64,000 nt of DNA from the NCBI GenBank assembly GCA_964016885.1, contig OZ024741.1:265546001-265610000 (forward strand), given 5' to 3'. Positions within the stretch are counted from its first letter, which is position 1. Each line of letters begins with the position of its first letter. Source of the DNA: Eledone cirrhosa. Taxonomy: Eukaryota. The translations under genes were made by a program, and so were the position numbers. Under the pieces are notes generated by a model that ran no database searches, was not told where the DNA came from, and saw only the letters and a list, made by a program, of their open reading frames with translations. Below, in pieces: positions 43,940 through 57,599 of the stretch.

Positions 43940-44444
43940 CTTCCCTAAAACTCAAATGTAGGTGCTACAGAAATATTACCTTCCCCTTCCTTTCTCCACT
44001 TTGGTACTACCAAGAGAAACACTGTCGCTATAGAAACATTACCTTCCCCTCTCCACTGACTTTGGTCTCTGAGGCCGAGGGAATCGCTGGTTGCTATAGA
44101 GACACCTTGCAGAAGCCAGAAGTAACCAGTTCGAGGCGGTTCTGACTTGACACCATGCCAAGGACCATTTGAAGATATATTTCCATCGTTATATCATAAC
44201 ATTTATGTATCATAACGTTTATATTTCCGTCACTAATCTCTTTTTCTCCTTTTTCGTTTTAACATATATTTATTTCAAAGATTTCACCGTATAGATAACA
44301 TATATATTTATACATGCATAAAAGACACACCGAGAGACGGTGAACATGTGGTGCCAAAAACATTTCTAATCCAAATCTCAACAATATCAGTATATACACT
44401 AGATTTGCTAGCAGAAAACCGCCCACCGGGTGGTTTTCTGCTAG
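42605..44444 (+). mobile_element. Non-autonomous Helitron 1 (contains a SINE at 43361-43553 and compound microsatellites)
   Basis: A^TC start followed by (CTGT)n; 3' palindrome and CTAG at 44441-44444. Confidence 0.65.
43361..43553 (+). mobile_element. Second SINE family (many copies, e.g. near 11760, 11970, 30900, 45305, 62230)
   Basis: tRNA-like head with B box gttcaaat; conserved block gcctttc...ggtcgataaaataaagtaccag resembling the Nin/Deu SINE domain; (ATT)n tail. Confidence 0.8.
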
Positions 44445-45210
44445 TCTATATATATAAAACTGAGGATGTGTGTGTGTGAGTTTGAATCCCTAAAACTCGA
44501 GAACCACCCAACCGACTGTTTTCAAACTTTACACATGTAATACTTGTGTCTCAGGGAGTGTTCTGAGCAAAAAAATTTCAAATTTTCAATGCCCTTGGGA
44601 CTGCATTAGGCGATTTAGCGATTTCTCTCTATAATTCTTAGTCTTTCTCTTTTTAGATAGATACATACATATAACGTCGCGCCTTTATAATATCTGTCTG
44701 TATGTCTGGCTGTCTGCATTACGTCACTTCCCTGAGGATGTCTGTGTGTGTGTGTCTGTGAGTTTGAATCCCTAAAACTCGAGAAGTACCCAACCGATTT
44801 TTTTCAAACTTTACATGTGTATTACTTATGTTTCAGGGAGTGTTATGCACATAGAATCAATAATAACTTTTTGATCTCCTAGGGCCTGCATTAGGTGAAA
44901 AACTGCATTTTTAAAGCTTTTTAGGGCTTTTTGGAGGCTTTACGTCTAGCCGATTTTCCCGAAATTTCAAGGCATATTATGCACATAAAAAAATTCATTT
45001 TCTTGATACCCTAGGGCCCGCATTAGGTGAAAACCTGCATTTTTCCTGCTTCATTGAGGAAAATCTTAAAGATTAACCAACCATCAGAGTATTCGGTTTA
45101 TTTTCTTTACATATTGTCCAGTCATGCAGTTTTTCCCTGATTAAGTCTGTTGGCGGCTGGCCCACGTTCCAAAATACCTTATCCCGTGCAACACCGGGTA
45201 CCACTGCTAG
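44445..45210 (+). mobile_element. Non-autonomous Helitron 2
   Basis: TCtatatatataaaa start; cccgtgcaacaccggg hairpin, then CTAG^T. Confidence 0.75.
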
Positions 45211-46160
45211 TATACACTATATTTGGGTATATTGATATTTCATTTGATATATATATAATATACATTATAGTTGGCTATATTAGTATTTCATTTGATGTAT
45301 ACACAATAATTGTTTCTACTTTTGGCACAAGGCCATCAATTATCCCAGTGTATTACTGGTACTTTATTTTATCGACCCCGTAAGGATGAAAGGCAAAGTT
45401 AACCTCGGCAGGATTTGAACTCAGAATGGCAAGGGCCGTAACTCTTTGCGGACGCCATGCTTTGCAACAAAGAGTTACGGCCCTTGCCATTCTAAGTTCA
45501 AATCCTGCCGAGGTTAACTTTGCCTTTCATCCTTACGGGGTCGATAAAATAAAGTACCAGTAATACACTGGGATAATTGATGGCCTTGTGCCAAAAAAGA
45601 AACAAATATTGTGTATACATCAAATGGAATACTAATATAGCCAAATCATCATCATCATCGTTTAATGTCTATTTTCCACGCTGGCATGGGTTGGACGGGA
45701 GTTGTCCCACTTGAGGCAAGGTTGGTCGGGTGACCTTGTCTCGCTCGTATAGGACTATCTGGCAGGTTTTTTTACGGCTGGATGCCCTTCTTAACACCAA
45801 CCACATTTACATTGTGGAACTGGGAACTTTTTACCGTGTTACCTACACAACCACATTACAGCGTGGACTGTGTTTTTTTTGTCGTGACACCTACACGATC
45901 TCGATCTCATTATCTCATTTATTTGGACTGGATGTTGTACCAAGTTTACAGAGAGAGGGTGGTGTTAGTGGGAGGATAGGGTAGGGGTAGTGGATTGGGG
46001 TGTATATTTGGTTAAGAGGTGCCTACTGACTGTAGGTTTCACTTTGTACATAGGCAAGGCGGGCCTTCTGTATTACTGCATAGCGCCAAAGATCTCGGTC
46101 CAGTGACATTGTCTTAGAGAGGTGCATATCCACAATGTATATTGTACTTTCCCATTTTAG

Positions 46161-46412
<252 letters not shown>

Positions 46413-46727
46413 TGATGTCTAATTTACACTGTGTAGTCTCTATCTGTCTCTTTTCAAATGCCAAAATATTCTCATTGTATTAAACAAGAAATTTATATAT
46501 CTATATATGTGTGTGTGTGTGTATCCCGGGTTCAATTGGAGGGTAAACACAGTAAGTAAGGTACTCAATACATAAGAGAGTATAAATATTTAATGTAGAA
46601 ATGGCTTCTACAGGACTAGAACTGTTTCATTTGAAGAAAATCATCAGGAATGATTTCCTTCGAATGAAAAAGTCCTAGTCCTGTAGAAGCCATTTCTCTC
46701 TCAATATATATATATATATATATAATG

Positions 46728-47065
46728 GAGGCACATGGCTTAGTGGTTAGAGCATTGGCCTTGCAATCGAAAGGTTGTGAGTTCAATTCTCAGACCGGGT
46801 GATGTGTTGTTTCCTTGAGCAAGACACTTTATTTCACATTGCTCCAGTTTACTCAGCTGTAGAAATGAGATGATAGGGACTGGGGTCCCTATCATTCCAC
46901 TGCAAAGTGGTCGTGGAGGTGCCACGGAAAAAAAAAGCACCCAGCACTCACTGTAAATGAGGTTGGTGTTAGGAAGGGCATCCAGCTGTAGAAATCAAGC
47001 CAGAATCAGTTCCCGTCCCACCCTTGCAAGCAGGGAAAAGCGGACGTAAAATGAAATGATGAAAA
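46728..47065 (+). mobile_element. Full-length tRNA-SINE with RTE 3' tail, inserted in (TA)n
   Basis: A and B boxes; 3' half matches the RTE 3'UTR (ggtgttaggaagggcatccagctgtagaaa...ggacgtaaaatga). Confidence 0.88.
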
Positions 47066-47276
47066 TGAAATGATATATATACAATATGTTGAAAAGGTAA
47101 CACACCTGAGAGAGATATACAGTGCGTTATCAATAATACAGGGAAAAAAACCCACCAGTGTATGGAATCTATAACCTATGAAAGGCAGACTATAGACTAA
47201 AGAGCTCAGGATCTCTTCTCCTTTGAGCACATTATTTACAGGGAATAGCGAGGACCTATGCCTCCGTTAATTTATC

Positions 47277-47344
<68 letters not shown>

Positions 47345-48228
47345 GAGTTAAACAAGATTCAATGAGTACATCAAAGAATGAGTTTTACAGTAGATTGGAA
47401 GCACTCTACATGAAAATATTTTCTGTAATATTAATATTAAAATTATTATTCTGTAATATTAATATTAAAAGCACTCTACAGAAAAATATTTTCTGTAATA
47501 TTAATATTAAAATACAAATATTAATAAAATAGATGTTCTTGTGATATATATATATGTATATATATATATGTATATATATATGTAATAAATGTGGTTGGTG
47601 TTAGGAAGGGCATCTTGTGATCAATTAAATTTTATTATACATATTTCAGAGGTACAACAGTACGTCCTCATCAGATAAAATAAAATGATACATGACATAC
47701 CCTGAGATGTTAAATGTTTAAGATTAATCAACTACCTTCATTAATCTTAATCATTTAACATCTCAGGGTATGTTGTATCATTTTATTAATATTTGTATTT
47801 TAATATATATATATATGTATGTATGTATCAGAGTGTTGTAGTTTGCTTGAAGCATTGATGAATACGAAATTAAATTTATATGTATATATATATATATTAT
47901 TTATTAAAATAACAGATTAAAGTTTAAGCAAAGAATCGCTGCTTTCACCCTTAACGGGATCTTCTGAAACTCAGGTTTCAGAAGATCCCGTTAAAGGTGA
48001 AAGCAGCGATTCTTTGCTTAAACTTTAATCTGTTATTTTAATAAATATTTGCTCTAGGGTTCTTATATATTTATCCTTATCGAGCCCTCTTTGGATTTTA
48101 GTCTTGATATTTATTATTATTACTATATATATGTATATATATATATAATGAAAAATTGAACAGGGACAGAACAGAGAGGCAGTACGATAAATGTTTATTA
48201 AATTCACGCTCAGGAGAGTGGGGGGTAG

Positions 48229-48272
48229 GTGGAGGACGACGTTTCGGGCATAAGCCCTTCTTCAGGTGAGAG
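48229..48272 (-). ncRNA. Hammerhead-like motif of a Penelope-type terminal repeat
   Basis: minus strand CTGAAGA-a-GGGC-ttat-GCCC-GAAAC-gtc-GTC; no convincing helix I. Confidence 0.55.
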
Positions 48273-49092
48273 TTCAAAAGGTGTGTAGGGGAGTGGTGGA
48301 GAGACATATAGCGAAAGGAAACGGTGCGAATGAAAAATTAACAAATAAAGACAAAAATATAATAAATAATAAATAAAAATAAAGCATGATCAAAATACAA
48401 GGAATGAGAACATTTAAAAATAAAGGCATGATCAAAATAAACTGAAATTAAAAGGGGGGTAAACAGGTGGTGGAAGGGTGTGGGGTGAGTAGAGGTGGTG
48501 GCGGGTGGAGTGGGGAGAGGGAGACGGGGTGTCCGAGCGGGGAGGGCTGAAGGTGGTGTGTGTGGTTAGGTGTGCGTGTGTGTGTGTATGTGAAAGTGAG
48601 GGTTGGAGGAAGAACGGGGTTGCATGTTCAGGAAGGTGTGTGTGGGGGGTGTTTTTGTGTGTCGGAGGGTCTGCGTGTGTGGATAGGGGGGTGGGGGGAG
48701 AGGAATCAGGGGGCTGAGGGTGTAAATATGTGGTGGGAAGCACATGTGTGTGGTTTAAGCGTGTTGTGGGTGTGGGTGGCGTGTGGATAAAAAAAATTGT
48801 TTTGGGGTGTGTGTGTGTGGGTGAGTTATATAGGTGATGGTGTTAGAGGATGGTTGAAAGTGGTAAGTTACACGGATGTATGGAGATTTTGGTTGGAAGT
48901 CAAAACGCGTGTGGGTAATCCAAGAAGCGGTGGTCGGAAGAGGAGAGATGTGGGGTGCGCGCGCAACAGGAAGTGGTCAGCAGTGGAAGTGCTGTGGTCA
49001 GTTGGTGCTGAGACAGTGGTCGGAAGGGCATAGCAGCAGTCAGCGGAATGGTAGGGAGGCGAGGATGGGTAGGTGTGAGAGTTGGAGTGAGG

Positions 49093-49127
<35 letters not shown>

Positions 49128-49574
49128 TAGTAGGGGTGTTAGTGGGATGAGTGAGTGTGGAGTGGGGAGAGAAGGGGGTGTGTGGTTCTATGGAGGGAGT
49201 GTGGTGTACTGGTGTGTGTGTAGTTTGGTGAGGAGGTGTTAGTGGGTGTTAGTAGACGGGAGGTGGGGAGGGGTGGAATGCAGGTGTGAGTGGGGGTTAG
49301 TGGGGGTAGGGTGTGTAGAGTTGGTGGTGTACGAGGGTGTGTGGGTACGTGTGCGTGGGGTTGGAGGGTGTTAGTGATGTTAGTTGCGTGTGGGGTGGGT
49401 GGTGTAAGTGTGTGCGTGTGATAAGGAGGGGGGAGGAGGAGAAGAGGGGAGGGAAGGGATGTTAGTATGTTAGTTGGGGAAGGGTGGTCAGATGAGGGGT
49501 GGAGTGGAGTGGAGGTGTTAGTATTGTTAGTGTGGGGTGGGCGGTGAAAAGGAGGGGTGTGTTTTGGCCAATAG

Positions 49575-50700
49575 AATAAACTCATGGTATGATAGCAATA
49601 AATACCAGAGTGTAATGTTCATCAATACAACCCCTAGAGGCGAACTAGCCTACAAATTTAGAAGGGCCCTAAATAAACATAATCTCAATATTAAGATAGT
49701 AGAAAGACCTGGTACCTCCGTAAAAACACTTATTAGCAAGACATACCCGTTCCAAAGACCCTCATGTATAGATAAGAAATGTATAACCTGTAAAATAAGC
49801 CCCCATATTAACTGTAAAACTAGAAATGTAGTGTATAGCATAAGATGTACTGAAGGACAATGTAGAAACAAAAATATAGTGTACATAGGTGAGACAGCTC
49901 GTAGTATAGGGGAACGAATAAATGAACACTGGCGAGACCTCCAAGATAATAAAGAATCATCTGTGCTCTACCAACATGCTAAGATAGAACACAGGGGTAG
50001 ATTAGAGAGCATAGAAATAAAAATAGAATCCACGCACAGAAAAGACGCAATGTTTAGGCAAATTACAGAGGCAGTAAGCATAAAAGAATTAAAACCAAAA
50101 TTAAATAGAAAATACGAGTGGAACAGCAACATCACAACTTACAATTAAGGACAAAATGAAAACACACACACACATAGAACAAACAACTTACAATTGAAAA
50201 CACACACAAAATGAAAACACACACAGGAGAAAATGAAAACACACACACACATAGAACAAACAACCAACCAACAATAAATAAATAAATAAATAAACAAATA
50301 GAAAAATGAACACAAACACACACAGACACCCGGATGTGGCACATGCGCAAACTGAGCACACAACACACACACAGAAACAAAATGGCGTAGGATAGAAGAA
50401 AGAAAAGGCACAGAAACGAAGAGAAGAAAGGAATCCCCAGTCACTGAAGAGGTCACAGAGTGTGTGACGAAAGGACTATGACTATATATATAAACAACTA
50501 TCTGGTTGTGGAACCAACCAACCAACCAGAAATTTATAAGTTTGTAGATTTGTAAATTTATAAATTTATAAATATATAATAAATTGAAGTGAAAGCAACT
50601 GGTGCGTGTGTTTCTTATTGGCAACATGACCCTCCCAAAGTATAACAATATCGGTTTCAACACACGATTTCAGATAAAGAATCTTGCTAAACAAATTCAG
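49575..50700 (+). mobile_element. Penelope-like retroelement 3' fragment (linker, GIY-YIG endonuclease, 3'UTR)
   Basis: ORF to 50148 with CxxC linker, NVVYSIRC...YIGETARSIGERINEH and conserved E...P.LN; hammerhead downstream. Confidence 0.9.
50439..50483 (+). ncRNA. Minimal type I hammerhead ribozyme in the Penelope 3' region
   Basis: AGTCA-CTGAAGA-g-GTCACA-gagtg-TGTGAC-GAAAG-ga-CTA-TGACT; 5-bp helix I. Confidence 0.7.
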
Positions 50701-50941
50701 AAACGAAATATGTATATATACATATATGTATTTTTATACATATATGTATATACATATATGTATAATTTTGGTTTTAATTCTTTTATGTTTACTGCCTCTG
50801 TAATTTGCCTAAACATTGCGTCTTTTCTGTGCGTGGATTCTATTTTTATTTCTATGCTCTCTAATCTACCCCTGTGTTCTATCTTAGCATGTTGGTAGAG
50901 CACAGATGATTCTTTATTATCTTGGAGGTCTCGCCAGTGTT

Positions 50942-53760
50942 CAATCACCTGATTACCTATAGATCCGGGGAACACACAAGCCAGGTAGATTATATCCTTA
51001 CCAGAAGACGTGACAGAGTGTCTGTTGTAAACACTAAATCCCTCCCCCATGAAGAATGCACCTCCCAACATAGACTGATAATTAGCGACCTCATAGTCAG
51101 GACGAGACGTACCCGACAGCAGAAGAGGACTATCCTCAGGAGGAAAATATGGAAACTAAAGGACCCCACAGCCAGAAATAAATTTCAAAGCATATTACTT
51201 GATGCTTTCGACAGTAAGGAAGAGCATCTAGAATCGGACAATATAGAGGGACAGTGGAAATTTCTGAAAGCAAACCTGCTGTTGGCGACAGACGAAGTCT
51301 GTGGCTGGAGCAGGCCTGTAGGCAGGAGGAGAGTAACATGGTGGTGGAACAATAGGGTGGAGGGGTCAATTAAGGCCAAAAAGCAGGCTTGGAAAGTATG
51401 GCGGGATGGGGGAAGTAGAGTAGACTATCAAGTGGCCAGGAGGGAAGCTAGGAGAGAAGTGTACTTAGCAAGAAGGGAAGCTGAGGAAAGAAAGTTCAAG
51501 CATGTTCTACAACGCGATGACCAAAAACGTGAGGTGTTCAGGATTGCCAGGCAATGCGTCAAGGAAAACCGTGATATTGTCGGGGAGAAGTGTGTACTTA
51601 ACGATGATGGCATACTTGCCATCACCGACACTGATAAGAAGGTAGCTTGGAAGTGTCACTATGAAAGGCTACTAAATGAGGAGAATAAATGGGAGAAAGA
51701 CAGTCTCCCCCATATCGACCCGATAGAGGGTCCAGCAGTGTTAGTCGAGGGGAGTATAATAAGTAAGGCAATCAAGGATATGAAGACTGGTAAGGCGGCT
51801 GGGCCTTCGGAAATAGTTGCTGAGATGCTGAAGGCATCTGGCACGGTGGGACACACCATGGTCACCCGCAGAGTTAACCAAGTCGTACAGAATGGGGTTG
51901 TTCCGAAGGACTGGCATAGCAGCATCATCGTTAACTGTTATAAGGGTAAAGGAGACGCCCTAGATAGGAGTAACTATAGAGGCATTAAATTAATCGACCA
52001 GGTCATGAAGGTCACGGAAAAAGTAATAGCGCAACTAATCAGAGAGAGAATTGATCTAGATGAAATGCAGTTCGGGTTTGTGTCAGGCAAAAGCACCACA
52101 GACGCTCTTTTCATAGTACGACAACTACAGGAGAAGTACCTAGCTAAAGGTAAACCCCTCTACTTAGCTTTTGTCGACCTGGAGAAAGCCTTCGACAGAG
52201 TCCCCCGCTCCATTATCTGGTGGGCTCTTAGAAAACTAGGCGTTAACGAATGGCTTGTGAGGGCTATACAAGCCATGTATAAAGAAACAGTCAGCAAGGT
52301 TAGAATTAACAACGAATATAGTGAAGAGTTTAGCGTAAAAGTTGGCGTCCATCAGGGCTCTGTTCTCAGCCCCCTACTATTTATTATTGCCCTTCAGGCT
52401 ATAACAGAGGAGTTCAAGACAGGCTGCCCATGGGAACTCCTATACGCAGACGACCTGACACTCATAGCGGAATCAATGGCCGAGCTAGAGAAGAAATTCC
52501 AAACATGGAAGCACGGCCTAGAGTCAAAAGGACTTAAAATTAACCTGGCTAAGACCAAAGTTCTAGTTTGTAGGAAAGAAAATAAGGCGGCGGTCCCTTC
52601 TGGGAAATGGTCGTGCTCGGTATGTAGGAAAGGCGTAGGTAGAAACTCCATCTTATGTCCTAAATGCAAAGTATGGGTGCATAAAAGATGTAGTGGGATC
52701 ACAGGTAAGCTAACTAAGAACATAGACTTTACATGTGGCCGGTGTTCTGGTGCAATAAGTAGCAGCAAGTGCCCACAAAATACTAGCTCTTTCAATTGCG
52801 CAGAGGGTTCTATAGAAATAGTGGACAGCTTCCGTTACCTGGGCAATAAAATCAGCAGTGGGGGAGGGTGCTCTGAAAGTACTGTAGCTAGAGTCAGAAC
52901 TGGTTGGAAAAAGTTCAGAGAGCTTATACCACTATTAGCTGCTAAAGGGTTCTCCCTAAAAATGAAAGGCAGGTTGTACGATGCCTGCATACGAACAGCA
53001 ATGTTGCATGGTAGTGAGACCTGGGCATTGTGTGCAGAGGATATACGCAGACTAGAGAGGAACGAAGCTTGCATGCTCCGCTGGATGTGTAACAGTAATA
53101 TACGTGAACGGCAAAGCATAAACGAACTAAGGAAAAAATTAGAGATAAGAGGGATCAGATGTTGTTTACTCGAGAGAAGGCTGCGTTGGTATGGACACGT
53201 GATGCGCATGAAAGTCGATAGCTGTATTACAAAGTGCAGGGCAATAAAGATAGACGGTAGCCACGGAATAGGCAGACCTAGAAAAACATGGGATGAGCTG
53301 ATAAACTCCGACCTCACACACTTACACCTCTCCAAGACAATGTCACAGGACCGTGACCTTTGGCGGTACTCAGTAACAGAGAAGACCCGCCTTGCCAGTA
53401 GGCATCTCTAACAAACTACACCCCGTCCCGCCACCACCCCCACCCCATCCACACCACCCCGTTCTACGTAAAGTTATGTTGGTGCCGCGCCATCCAGGCC
53501 GAAACAAATGAGATCGTGTAGGTGTCACGACAAAAAAACACACAGTCCACGCTGTAATGTGGCCGTGTAGGCAACACGGTAAAAACCTCCCAGACCCACA
53601 CTGTAAATGTGGTTGGTGTTAGGAAGGGCATCCAACTGTAGAAAACCTGCCAGACAGTCCTATGCGAGCAAGACAATCACTCTTGCCTCAAGTGGGACTA
53701 CCCCCGTCCAAACCCATGCAAGCGTGGAACACGGACGTTAAACGTTGATGATGATGATGA
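50942..53760 (+). mobile_element. RTE-clade LINE, 5'-truncated within the APE domain; uninterrupted ORF of about 820 aa to 53411, 3'UTR and (GAT)n tail
   Basis: APE end (SQVDY...SQHR), RT motifs QFGF, DLEKAFD, GVHQGSVLSP, YADD (52443-52454), RTE C-terminal LRWYGHV...GRP. Confidence 0.97.
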
Positions 53761-53834
53761 TGTATATATATATGTATATATACATATATGTATATATATA
53801 TATATGTATATATACATATATATGTATATATATG

Positions 53835-53869
<35 letters not shown>

Positions 53870-54115
53870 GTATATATATGTATATGTATATATATGTATA
53901 TATACATATGTATATATATAAATGTATATATATGTATATATATAAATGTATATATATGTATATATATATATGTATATATATAAATGTATATATATGTATA
54001 TATATATATGTATATATATATATGTATATATATGTATATATACATATGTATATATATATGAATATATATGTATATATACATATGTATATATATATGTATA
54101 TATATGTATATATAC

Positions 54116-54661
54116 ATCATCATCATCATCATCATCAGGTTTAGCGTCCGTGTTCCACGCTTGCATGGGTTTGGACGGGGGTTTTCCCACTTGAGGCAAG
54201 AGTGGTTGTCTTGCTCGCATAGGACTGTCTGGCGGGTTTTCTACAGTTGGATGCCCTTCCTAACACCAACCACATTTACAGTGTGGGGCTGGGAGGTTTT
54301 TACCGTGTTGCCTACACGGCCACATTTACAGCGTGGACTGTGTGTTTTTTGTCGTGACACCTACACGATCTCATTTGTTTCGGCCTGGATGTTGTGGGAC
54401 CAACATAACTTTACATTGAAAGGGGCGGTGTGGGTGGGGTGGAGGTGGTGGGACGGGGGTGTGTTTTGATAGAGATGCCTACTGACTGTAGTAGGTTTTT
54501 ACTTTGTATTTAGGTAAGGCGGGTCTTCTCTATTACTGAGTACCGCCAAAGGTCTCGGTCCAGTGACATTGTCTTGGAGAGGTGTAAGCGTGTGAGGTCG
54601 GAATTTATCAGCTCGTCCCATGTTTTTCTGGGTCTGCCTACTCCGTGGCTACCGTCTATCT
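54116..54661 (-). mobile_element. RTE 3' end, tail-to-tail with the preceding copy
   Basis: reverse complement of about 53250-53760. Confidence 0.92.
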
Positions 54662-54730
<69 letters not shown>

Positions 54731-55294
54731 TCCATTTTTTTCAATTTACAGGAAAATTCATATTTTCTGATATGTTTACATGCCTACATATTAGATATGT
54801 GTATATTTATATACATGTTGGTGTAGTCTCAGTTACACAGATATAACTTTGTTATGCACTTCTTAATATATATTATTTTATGTATCTATATATCCTTGTC
54901 TCTCTCTATATATATATAGTGATTAATAAAATCTCAACAGAGGGCCCACTATATTTTGAGTGGCCAGCTAATTAACTGGGCCCTCTAATGAGGTTTTAGT
55001 AATTACTTAGAACTTCGGTTGAATAAATTAAATCAATACACATACATACATACAGACAGACAGATGGATAATATATTTTGATGTACATCTCTCTTTCTAG
55101 GATGCCAATCCAATAACTAAATACACACAGAGTGTATTTTGATGTACATCTCTTCTTCTAGGATGCCAGTCCAATAAATAAATATACACACACTGACAGT
55201 ATATTTTAATGTCCATCTCTTCTCAGATGCCAATCCAATAACTAAATACATACACATACAGACAGTATATTTTAATGTACATATATTCTTCTAG

Positions 55295-55450
<156 letters not shown>

Positions 55451-56373
55451 TAGCCATGTCAATTAAATTCTTTGTTGTTTATCAAAAATAACATTTCAGA
55501 TTATATAATTTTCCGCTATTTTAAGATTTTGTGTTTTTTCAGATTTACTAGACTGGGTGGGCAGCCAGTTACTATATATACACATACACACATATAATAT
55601 AATTATATATATACATTCTAGTATTGCATCAAAGCTATAGTTGCAATAAGACTTTCAATGATGGGAGAAATGAATTAATTCCTCCATCAGAGTCAACTCA
55701 TTTGGATATTCAAGGGAAACACCATGAAAAATATATAGACCAGGTGTATTCCAGCTATAGAAATTATTAAACATCTACCAAGATTAGAGATACAATATAT
55801 GTCAAAGATCTACTTACTGTAGACAAGATCTTCCAGTGCATGGAGGCTATGAAAAAATTCAATAACAGAAAGTTTACCAATCTGAGAGGGAAAACATTTT
55901 GAAGTCAGTCTTTAAAAAAAAGCTATCAAAATTAGAGGTACAATATATTGTCAAAGATCTACAAATTATAGACAAGATCTTTCATTACATGGAGAATATG
56001 AAAAGATTCAACAACAGAAACATTACCAGTCTGAGAGAGAGGACAGGACATCTTGAAACTGATCATAAAAACAATTACCAAGATTAGAGGTACAATATAT
56101 TGTGAAAGATCTACCACCAATACACAAGTCTTCCAGGACATGGAGGCTAGAAAAGATTCAACTGAAGCTTTTAGCTGCTTTATAGTAGTTACCCTTGTTT
56201 TTCACTTTTTAAAATATTATTTATACTTCGTCTCCTGTTGTCCTTCTTTTTTCTTTTTTCTTTTTTAATTTCCCTCTGTCTCTCGTTTTTGTTTCTTAAC
56301 TGTAGGAGGTACTAGATACCTCCCCTAGTCATGGCTTACTAGCTCTATACAGATGTTGAAATTGATTAAATAA

Positions 56374-57476
<1,103 letters not shown>

Positions 57477-57546
57477 AGATAGAAAGTCAAATAAACAGCC
57501 TTGTCAGTGAAATGCAGAAGAATGAGACCAAAAACAGCAAAAACAA
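57477..57546 (+). CDS. SMC3: SMC3 exon 21 (QIESQINSLVSEMQKNETKNSKN)
   Basis: AC acceptor / GTAAGT; aligns with the SMC3 post-hinge coil. Confidence 0.9.
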
Positions 57547-57599
57547 GTAAGTGGTCTGATTTATTTGTACCTTTCAGCTTTGGTCTATCCCTGTCTTTG

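Noticed and set aside
48432-49585. Pro/His/Thr-rich and Gly/Val-rich ORFs
   Set aside because: Low-complexity G/T tract lacking stops by composition
50922-53411. Autonomous, transposition-competent LINE or domesticated gene
   Set aside because: Most of the APE endonuclease and the 5'UTR are missing, and the apparent start lies in the inverted Penelope fragment
55620-56170. Coding-looking diverged repeat (about 140 bp, 3 units) as an extra SMC3 exon
   Set aside because: Stops and frameshifts between units; exons 19 and 20 already join in frame with no gap
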